Assembly: GCA_043819795.1 (NCBI GenBank)
Contig: JBDREN010000207.1
Location: 1-13,160 of the forward strand
DNA length: 13,160 nt
Direction: 5' to 3'
From: Elusimicrobiota bacterium
Lineage (GTDB): Bacteria; Elusimicrobiota; Elusimicrobia; UBA1565
Part shown: piece by piece, positions 6,865-13,160 of the stretch
How positions within the stretch are numbered: the stretch's first letter is position 1
How the letters are laid out: each line of letters begins with the position of its first letter
The notes under the pieces: model-generated
What the model saw: only the letters and a program-made list of their open reading frames with translations
What the model was told of the DNA's origin: nothing
Databases searched by the model: none
Made by a program: the position numbers and the translations under genes

Positions 6865-7659
6865 ATGAGGGCTAGGCCACTCCACCGCCGCTCAATCATC
6901 GGCGAGCGCGTCCGCGCGCTGCGCAAGCAACGACACTGGACGCAGACCCAGCTCGCGAGACTGCTCGGCATCTCGCAAAACTACCTATCGATCCTCGAGC
7001 GTGGCAAAGGCTCCTTCACGGCCGAGCACCTGCTTGCCATCCTCAAGACCTTCAACGTACCCATCGACTACTTCGCTTCCGCACGGGCCCAACGCCAGGA
7101 TCAGATCCAAAGCGCGCTGGCCCGCTTCGGGGCCACATATCTGCACGAGTCCCCCGATACCCTCCCGACCCAAGCATTCAAAGAAGTCGCCGATGCCGTA
7201 CGCGAAGCCCTGGTGTCGGCGGAGTCTTCCAGGCAAATCACGGCCGTCGCTCCCGTAATCGCGCTGAATATCAACCGTACCAATCTCAAAAAGCTCCAGA
7301 CCCAGTTCCTGGAAATCGGCCTGGGGCAACGCCTAGGCTGGGCCCTTGAAAACACGCTGGAGGCCTTGCGGCACGAACTATCGCAGTCCCTCCCCCGGGA
7401 TCGGAAGCTCAACTACCGCCGGGCCGAGGTGATCTTGAAGTCATTCCTCTCGCTCGATTGGCCCGGCCGGAGGCCCGGAGGGCCCGAGGACGGAGTCCCT
7501 GACTCAAGCGACGTGCTGGACCACGACATCGCCAGCGAGAAGTCCCTGACGGAAGCCCATAAGGAGAGCTCCGATATCTCGAAGCGCTGGGGCATCACCA
7601 CCCGGATCCAGACGGAGGATTTCATCCGGGCACTGAGAGCGGCCCGTGAAGCTCATTAG
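6865..7659 (+). CDS. Xre/HTH_3 transcriptional regulator with large helical C-terminal domain (candidate antitoxin)
   Basis: IGERVRALRKQRHWTQTQLARLLGISQNYLSILERGK...ILKTFNVPIDYF is a canonical Xre HTH; about 190 aa uncharacterised C-domain; overlaps the next gene by 14 nt. Confidence 0.9.
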   Translation: MRARPLHRRSIIGERVRALRKQRHWTQTQLARLLGISQNYLSILERGKGSFTAEHLLAILKTFNVPIDYFASARAQRQDQIQSALARFGATYLHESPDTLPTQAFKEVADAVREALVSAESSRQITAVAPVIALNINRTNLKKLQTQFLEIGLGQRLGWALENTLEALRHELSQSLPRDRKLNYRRAEVILKSFLSLDWPGRRPGGPEDGVPDSSDVLDHDIASEKSLTEAHKESSDISKRWGITTRIQTEDFIRALRAAREAH

Positions 7660-8236
7660 GGATTTCTTGAACGAGATCGACGCGCGCTGGAAGCCCGCCG
7701 GCGGCGAACCGATACTCCTCAGTCTCATCGGTTCGGCGGCTCTCATGCTGCAGACCGATTACGAGCGCGGAACCAAGGACAGCGATGTGCTGGAGTCCGC
7801 GGAAATCACGCCCGCGGTGAAGACGCAGTTACTGGAACTAGGCGGCCCCAAGACCTCCCTTTCCGAGAAATACCGGATGTATCTTGAAGTGGTGACCCAG
7901 GCGATCCTGTTTTGGCCGCAACGCCCGGTCTTTCATCCCGTGCGCGACTTAGCGCTTAAGAACTTCTCCGTGGAGGTCTTGGACGTTACGGACGTCGTCG
8001 TCAGCAAGCTCAAGCGGCTCAATCAAAACGACTCTGACGATATCAAGGCAATGTCCACCAGGAAGCTTCTGGACCACGGGAAACTGGCAAGTCGCTTCGA
8101 GTCGGCAGTCGATATGTATTCCATGGACGCCCGTGCCGAAGAACTCGACAAGTATATCGCCAATCTCAACCGCGTCGAACGCGACTTTCTGGGGGTCCCG
8201 GAGTCCGAGATCGAAAAGCCGGATTGGATGCGGTAG
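7646..8236 (+). CDS. DUF6036-like nucleotidyltransferase (Pol-beta/AbiEii-related fold; candidate toxin)
   Basis: GTG start; LIGSAAL...ERGTKDSDV (GS + RxTxDxD) and VVSKLKR...DSDDI motifs. Confidence 0.8.
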   Translation: MKLIRDFLNEIDARWKPAGGEPILLSLIGSAALMLQTDYERGTKDSDVLESAEITPAVKTQLLELGGPKTSLSEKYRMYLEVVTQAILFWPQRPVFHPVRDLALKNFSVEVLDVTDVVVSKLKRLNQNDSDDIKAMSTRKLLDHGKLASRFESAVDMYSMDARAEELDKYIANLNRVERDFLGVPESEIEKPDWMR

Positions 8237-8288
8237 CCGGCCCATAGGCGCCGATTCTTGGTGTCCCAAAAGTGGGGATCCCCCCCCG

Positions 8289-8408
8289 CTCGACGAGATC
8301 GACTGGACCCGGCTCAAGAGGAGTCGGCTGCGGGGTTACGCCAAGCGCTTCCCTCCTCGCGCGGCGAAGAGACTCCTGTCGCATCTGCCTTACTTACCGG
8401 GTCCATAG
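8289..8408 (+). pseudogene. Possible C-terminal remnant of an AbiEi-type antitoxin gene
   Basis: LDEIDWTRLKRSRLRGYAKRFPPRAAKRLL looks protein-like and recalls AbiEi C-terminal helices; no credible start; recognition from memory only. Confidence 0.35.
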
Positions 8409-8427
8409 ACGCCCCGACCGATCAGCG

Positions 8428-9786
8428 CTACCGTTTTTCCGGGAAGAGGACGAGCGCCTCTCCGGTATGGGCGTCGAAGACGCGGGTGCCCTCGCCCGGC
8501 GTCGTGACCGCGACGCGCCGGGCGTCTTCGCTGTAGGCCAGGGTGGTCTCCTCGTTTGGATGGATGAGGCCGTCGCGCTGCCAGCGCGCGTAATGGCGGT
8601 AGGCCCAGGGCTCGCCCTCGTGCAGCAGGAACCAGCCGCTCTCGGTGCGCCACCACCAGCGCCCGCCATGGCGCGCCATGCGCTGGGCCTTGTCGGCCAC
8701 CGTCCACCAGCGCCGATTGCTGAGGATCATCCAGGACCACCGGCCCCCGTCGCTACGGCCCCAAGACTTGCCCACGTGCAGGAACGGGGTGTTCTCTTCA
8801 TCGATGTGCCAGTGGGGCTCGTCGCCCCGGCCCCGGTGCTTGTCTTTCTCCAGCCACCTCTCGTATTTTTCGTGCTCCCCCGGCGGGATGAGCTTCTCGA
8901 GATGGGCCGGTCGCGGCGTCTTGCTCTCGAAGGGCTTGCCGTCCGGCAAGGACGGCGGGAACGCATGCTTCAAAGACGCGAAGGTGGGCGCCTCCATCTT
9001 GGCCGTGGGCCGCTTGATCGGCTTCTTGCCGAGCCAGTCGGAGAGCTTCGGCTCCTTAAGCTTGGGCTCCTTCTTCTTTGCCTCATTCTCCTTGGCGCTT
9101 CTCTTCCGGTACCAGGAGCCGAGCTCGAGCCCGCTGTCTTTCAGGGACGCCCGCAGGGAACGGGACGACGCGTTCCTGCTGCCGTCGAAATCCACCCGGG
9201 GACGTTGGCGCGAGAGAGCTCGGCCCCCGCGGGCCAAGGATCGCGTCCGGCCGCGGCTCTTGACGCGAGCCTCCCGGCCATGAGAACGGGCTCCGGACGA
9301 TTTCCGCCGGCCCGCGCTCTTTCGCGATCGCGAAGCCGCCCGACTCGTACGCCGCGCGGCGCGGAAGCCGCCCTCGCCAGAGCGGCGCGTGGTGACCTCG
9401 ATCCTGCCGCGGCCGTCCTTGCGCGCCGACCGCACGCCCTTCAGGGCCCGGTCCCAGAACTCCGATCCGGGGGCCGATCCGCCGGCGCCGGAACGCAGCG
9501 CGTCTTGGAGCGGCGGGTCCATGGCATCGAACAAGGACGGAGGGCGCTTCCGTGAGCCTCTCGCTTCACGCGGGTCACGAGGGAGTCCCCGCGTTTCCGC
9601 GCCGCGGGCGGGGGCTTCGTCGATGGCGGCGGGCACGGAGGCGGCCGGCCAAAGAGCCTGCGCGAGGGATGAGGCCGAGGCGAGCTTCGCCCGGCCGGAG
9701 AGGGCGTTATCGACGAAGCGATCGAAGCGGAGCAGGAGCGCGATCAGGCCCAGGCACACCGCCAAGCCCAGCATCCGCAGCCTCAT
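8428..9786 (-). CDS. Membrane-anchored/exported protein with basic disordered linker and Trp-rich C-terminal domain
   Basis: N-terminal MLGLAVCLGLIALLL; long R/S/K-rich region; GRWSW...RRWWT...GRWWWRTESGWF...EPWAY; TGC-CATACT (9801-9793) favours ATG 9786 over 9792. Confidence 0.8.
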   Translation of the reverse strand: MRLRMLGLAVCLGLIALLLRFDRFVDNALSGRAKLASASSLAQALWPAASVPAAIDEAPARGAETRGLPRDPREARGSRKRPPSLFDAMDPPLQDALRSGAGGSAPGSEFWDRALKGVRSARKDGRGRIEVTTRRSGEGGFRAARRTSRAASRSRKSAGRRKSSGARSHGREARVKSRGRTRSLARGGRALSRQRPRVDFDGSRNASSRSLRASLKDSGLELGSWYRKRSAKENEAKKKEPKLKEPKLSDWLGKKPIKRPTAKMEAPTFASLKHAFPPSLPDGKPFESKTPRPAHLEKLIPPGEHEKYERWLEKDKHRGRGDEPHWHIDEENTPFLHVGKSWGRSDGGRWSWMILSNRRWWTVADKAQRMARHGGRWWWRTESGWFLLHEGEPWAYRHYARWQRDGLIHPNEETTLAYSEDARRVAVTTPGEGTRVFDAHTGEALVLFPEKR

Positions 9787-9792
9787 GGTCAT

Positions 9793-9882
9793 AGTATGGC
9801 ATGGCGGCTATCTCAAGAAGGAGGGCCGGACGTGCTTCGGGAGGCCGTATATGGTCCCCCGCCGCAATGGGGCCCTGGTCCC
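9793..9882 (-). promoter_or_regulatory. Promoter with GGNC-N4-GNCC box array
   Basis: Extended -10 TGC-CATACT; partial box GGGCC-GGAC-GTGCT (9823-9836), GTCCC half-site (9854-9858), full box GGGGC-CCTG-GTCCC (9869-9882). Confidence 0.55.
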
Positions 9883-9925
9883 AGGTTGTCGAAGCCCGCT
9901 TCCCAGGCAGGTGAAGCGCCCTTAT

Positions 9926-9945
9926 CCGGCCCGAAGGCGGGCCGG
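9926..9945 (-). terminator. GC hairpin downstream of the AbiEii-like gene
   Basis: CCGGCCCG-aagg-CGGGCCGG, perfect 8-bp stem; no U-tract, so function uncertain. Confidence 0.35.
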
Positions 9946-9990
9946 TCCAAGCGTTCGGGCGTTGAGCGGATATATCGGGCGCGGTCCGGT

Positions 9991-10635
9991 TCAGCGAAGC
10001 CGGCCGCGGAGCGTCTTCGGCGCCGTCCTCTCGAAATAGGACTTCACCGCTTGCCACGAGAGCTTTTCCAAGAGGCGCGGCATGGGCTCTTTTTCCGCGT
10101 CCTCGAAATAGACCAAGGCACGCGCGGCCTGCAGCAGGAACTCCGGCCGATCCGGGAACTTCCCCTCCGCGACGCGCAGCACGGCATCAAGCCCGATCCG
10201 TCTACAGACGCAGTATAGGTCCAGGAAGTCCTTCCGGGATCCCCGGCCGACGATGGCGCTGAGCTTCATGGCGGCGATGTCTTCGACCGACGCCACCGGA
10301 AGCCCGCGCCAATCCCGCGCGGGCGACAATAGGGGGTAGGGATAGTGGAACAGGCTGACCGGGGTGCCCCCCAGGCGGAAATGGCATGTCCCATCCTGGG
10401 CTTCTCGGATGTCCAGGCTTCCCGTACCCGCAAGGGCCTTGAGCAGCGATGCGCGCCGGGCCTCTTCCAGCGGATCGTCGGGCGAGAACAATTCCAGGTC
10501 GAGGGATATCCGGTGTCCCAAACGCAATGCCAAGGCGGTCCCGCCCGCCAAGTAGAACTCGGAGGACACGACGGGGGCGAGGCGCGCGGCGGCCTTTCGC
10601 CCTTTAGCGTCAAGGACCTCCTCGTGCCAGTTCAT
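9991..10635 (-). CDS. AbiEii/AbiGii-family nucleotidyltransferase toxin (214 aa)
   Basis: FYLAGGTALALRLGHRISLDLE, DIAAMKLSAIVGRGSRKDFLDLY, ALVYFEDAE motifs; start moved to ATG 10635, which overlaps the upstream stop (ATGA). Confidence 0.9.
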   Translation of the reverse strand: MNWHEEVLDAKGRKAAARLAPVVSSEFYLAGGTALALRLGHRISLDLELFSPDDPLEEARRASLLKALAGTGSLDIREAQDGTCHFRLGGTPVSLFHYPYPLLSPARDWRGLPVASVEDIAAMKLSAIVGRGSRKDFLDLYCVCRRIGLDAVLRVAEGKFPDRPEFLLQAARALVYFEDAEKEPMPRLLEKLSWQAVKSYFERTAPKTLRGRLR

Positions 10636-11174
10636 CTCGCTGTCTCGGGCCATGGATTGGCCGCTCTCCGCCAAGACGGGACCGGCCGGGGCCGGACCCT
10701 GAAGAACAGGGCCCACAAGCGCAGGGCGCGGGCGGACAAGAGCCGGGAGCCGTCTTCCTCCAAAAAGCGAGCGATATCCTTCCGGCCGTAGCGCCGCAAG
10801 AGCCATTTCATGTCGCTTCTTCCGCCGCCCTCCAACACCCGGGCCAGGATCATCACCCGATCCCTGCCGGCGTTCAGGTCCCCCACGCGGTATTCCGGAA
10901 AAAGAGGCTGCAGCCGGGCCGGAACAGGTTGGGCAAAGAGAGGATCGCGGCCCAGGCGCTCAACGGCGGTCCGGTCCAGAAGCCATTCCCCGAGGACCTT
11001 TCCCATGGAGGGCAGTATCCCGTTCTCGATATGGCGATAGACCTGCCGGCGCGTCCGCTTGAGCAGGCTGCACGCCTCCTTCACCGTGCACACGGGACGC
11101 GCGCGCCCCCCGCCCCGGACCTTGAGCGACATCCTGCCGTCCGGCGACACGCCAAGGGCCATATCCATCTTCAT
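10632..11174 (-). CDS. Excisionase/MerR-type HTH (HTH_17) fused to DUF6922-like domain (candidate antitoxin)
   Basis: TVKEACSLLKRTRRQVYRHIENGILP..K..GEWLLDRTAVERL, then LFPEY...RVMILARVLEGG...MKWLLRRYGRKDI...ALRLWALFF. Confidence 0.8.
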   Translation of the reverse strand: MKMDMALGVSPDGRMSLKVRGGGRARPVCTVKEACSLLKRTRRQVYRHIENGILPSMGKVLGEWLLDRTAVERLGRDPLFAQPVPARLQPLFPEYRVGDLNAGRDRVMILARVLEGGGRSDMKWLLRRYGRKDIARFLEEDGSRLLSARALRLWALFFRVRPRPVPSWRRAANPWPETAR

Positions 11175-11210
11175 TACATATAGTATGACATGAATACATT
11201 ACATTCGCAA
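11172..11210 (-). promoter_or_regulatory. Leaderless sigma70 promoter overlapped by direct repeats
   Basis: TTGCGA (11210-11205) - 17 nt - TGT-CATACT (hexamer 11187-11182), 7 nt to the ATG; ATGTAATG twice (11204-11197, 11179-11172) plus ATGTCATA and ATGTATTC variants. Confidence 0.75.
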
Positions 11211-11222
11211 GACCCCTGTCGC

Positions 11223-11369
11223 CACGCCCGGGCTCATGAGCGCCGCCCGCCGAACTGGATGCAGGATTACCAAGCCGCGCTCGACGACGCGCTCAAGGCC
11301 GTCGAGCTGTCGCCCAAGATCGAGAAGACCCTGCGGCCGCTGATCCGGGAAATCAGAAGAAACTTGAAG
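11223..11369 (+). pseudogene. Possible remnant of a TPR-protein 3' end
   Basis: QDYQAALDDALKAVELSPKIEKTLRPLIREIRRNLK resembles TPR helix B plus capping helix; no credible 5' part; the rest of ORF 11190..11600 is antisense shadow. Confidence 0.45.
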
Positions 11370-11406
11370 CAGCCCGCCTCATCGTCGAGGTCCCGGGCGC
11401 GGGTGT

Positions 11407-13160
11407 CTACCGCCTCTCGAGCCGCTCGAGCCTTTCTCGCCAAGCGGCGGCCCCGGGGTCGCCCCGCAGCAGGGCCGCCCGGTATCGCGCGCGAAGCACG
11501 GGACCGCCCAGAGGATCCAGGTCCAGGGCTGAGTCGAGAGCCATTTCCGCGGCGTGGAGGCGTTCTGGTCGCCCGGCCTGGGCCTGCTTCAGGGCGGTGA
11601 ACCCGCATAAGTAATGCGCTTGCGCATGCTTCGGATGGAGATTTCGAGCTTCTGCGGCGTGCCGCGCTGCCAGGTCGAAGCGCTCGAGCCGGGAGAGGCC
11701 GTCGTGCGCGCGTTGGGTCAGGTGGCGGACGATCCGCTTCCGGTACTCGAGCTCCCAGCCATTGAGACGCACGGCGCTCAGGAGACGTTCGAGGGCCTGG
11801 TCGTTGAGGCCGAGCCTCTGAAGCTCCAGCGCGGCCCTCAACTCGCCGTCCGCGCGAACCATCCGCCAGGAGAGCCCGACCGACACGATACCCGCCAGAA
11901 GCAGCAGGCCGGCCGGCAAAAGGGCGCGCGGCGTCCCTGGCTTCGCCCCTACCTTGAGAGGTCCTATCGGGACGCATAGCATTCCCATGAACATGGCGGC
12001 CATCGCGAGCGCGGCGAGCGGGGGCGGGTTGAACTGCATGTTGAGCAGCAGCGCGATCAACGCCGAGGCGAGCGCGGCGGCAAGCGTGCCGCCGGTGGGT
12101 TCCCGCAGGCGCCTCCATGCGGCCATCGCGAGCGCCGCGATGAAGAACGCGTAGGCGGCCGTGCCCGCGAGCCCGGTCGTGGCCAGGGCCTGCAGGAAAT
12201 CGTTGTGCGCGTGGACCTGGAACGAGGCTAGGTTTGCGGACCGCACGTACGCCTCGCTCTTATGTCGCCTGAATACGAGCTCGAAGGTGTCCGGCCCCCA
12301 TCCTGTCGCGGGTCTGTCGAGGAATGCCGCCCATGCCGACCGCCAGATCTCCCGGCGCGAGGTTTGCGTCCAGTCGGTTCCGCGCAGCGACAGACGAAGG
12401 GCAAGGATGAGGGCGGCCGCCGCCACGCCGAGGATGGCAGCCGTCCGGACCCATCGGCCCCACCGACGAGGCCGCAGACGGCCGGTCAAGGCCAGGTAGG
12501 CCAAGGCCCCGGTCCCCGCAGCCAGCCAAGCACCCTTGGAGATGGTCGCCCAAAGCCCGGCTGCGATGAGGGCAAGGGAAACGGTCCCGTACCATCGCTC
12601 ACGGCTCTTGACCAGCGCACTGTCAAGCGCCAGCGGGAGCACCAAGGCCAAGTAGGCCCCCAAGTACACCGGACTGCCGAAGGCCGAGACGGCTCGTCCT
12701 TGGGGGATGTTTCCGCTGAGCTCCCACGGCTCGAAGCCGAGCCCCTGCAGGACGGCGTAGCAGGAAACCGCCGCGCCCACTACGATGGAAAGCATCCGGA
12801 CCCGCCGCTGCCGTTCTCCTTCCAGTCCCCAGGCCGCCAGGTAGTAGACCGCGACGCACAGGAGCATCGGCCAGACGCCGAAGGAGTGCTCGTTATAGGA
12901 GCCGGACAGGCTCAGCAGACGGTCCCGCGAAAAGACAGTGGCGAGAGCCAGGGCGGCCGCCGACGCCAGCAGAGGAAGGTCCATCTCGGTCGAACGGACC
13001 CTAATGGCTCCCGAAGCGGCTCCCCAGAAGAGCCCCGCGGACGAGACGAGGACCCCGGCGGAGAGAAGAAGCAGCTTGGGCAGCGTGTATTCGGCGAACA
13101 GGGATGTCGACCAGGCCAGCGGCATCGCCCCCGCGACCAGCCAGAGCCCCGCCTCGAGCA
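11407..13160 (-). CDS. O-antigen ligase / O-oligosaccharyltransferase-like (Wzy_C) membrane protein with C-terminal TPR-like repeats; 5' end outside window
   Basis: Many TM helices; RAVSAFGSPVYLG, TISKGAW, RREIWRSA...PATGWGPDTF, HAHNDFLQALATTGLAG motifs; frame stays open to the window edge (LEAGLWLVAGAM). Confidence 0.9.
   Translation of the reverse strand, partial: LEAGLWLVAGAMPLAWSTSLFAEYTLPKLLLLSAGVLVSSAGLFWGAASGAIRVRSTEMDLPLLASAAALALATVFSRDRLLSLSGSYNEHSFGVWPMLLCVAVYYLAAWGLEGERQRRVRMLSIVVGAAVSCYAVLQGLGFEPWELSGNIPQGRAVSAFGSPVYLGAYLALVLPLALDSALVKSRERWYGTVSLALIAAGLWATISKGAWLAAGTGALAYLALTGRLRPRRWGRWVRTAAILGVAAAALILALRLSLRGTDWTQTSRREIWRSAWAAFLDRPATGWGPDTFELVFRRHKSEAYVRSANLASFQVHAHNDFLQALATTGLAGTAAYAFFIAALAMAAWRRLREPTGGTLAAALASALIALLLNMQFNPPPLAALAMAAMFMGMLCVPIGPLKVGAKPGTPRALLPAGLLLLAGIVSVGLSWRMVRADGELRAALELQRLGLNDQALERLLSAVRLNGWELEYRKRIVRHLTQRAHDGLSRLERFDLAARHAAEARNLHPKHAQAHYLCGFTALKQAQAGRPERLHAAEMALDSALDLDPLGGPVLRARYRAALLRGDPGAAAWRERLERLERR

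Noticed and set aside
8272..9555. 427 aa plus-strand ORF and other long alternative-frame ORFs (2287..3315, 4389..5159, 11267..12118)
   Set aside because: R/P/G/A-rich shadow frames of real genes, expected at high GC
10636..10806. N-terminal extension of the 271 aa AbiEii-like ORF
   Set aside because: Overlaps the upstream gene; ATGA coupling points to 10635
10632..11174. HTH_17 domain as a prophage excisionase
   Set aside because: No integrase, att site or phage genes; it is fused to a DUF6922-like domain and coupled to a toxin-like gene

Overview
GC-rich bacterial window. The gene style is reminiscent of Elusimicrobiota-like genomes, which is an unverified inference. The left half carries mostly envelope or secreted genes: two related PsbP/Mog1-like lipoproteins, two tandem membrane-anchored PilZ proteins, two secreted hypotheticals, a coiled-coil protein and a coupled 38 aa + 108 aa gene pair. 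The right half is an accessory region with two HTH + nucleotidyltransferase operons resembling type IV toxin-antitoxin modules (Xre-HTH + DUF6036-like; excisionase-type HTH/DUF6922-like + AbiEii-like), each with a clear promoter and candidate operator repeats. It also has two probable gene remnants, a Trp-rich membrane-anchored protein and a 5'-truncated O-antigen-ligase/TPR gene. The most striking non-coding signal is a recurring palindromic box, (A/G)GGNC-N4-GNCC(C). It sits 22-24 nt upstream of the -10 element of five unrelated genes, usually in arrays with about 24 bp period, and suggests an undescribed activator regulon. Other oddities are an 87-bp near-identical copy of an internal piece of a lipoprotein gene 1094 bp away, a REPIN/MITE-like inverted repeat, a C15 tract in a promoter and several leaderless genes. 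No rRNA, tRNA, CRISPR array, transposase, integrase or reverse transcriptase was seen.
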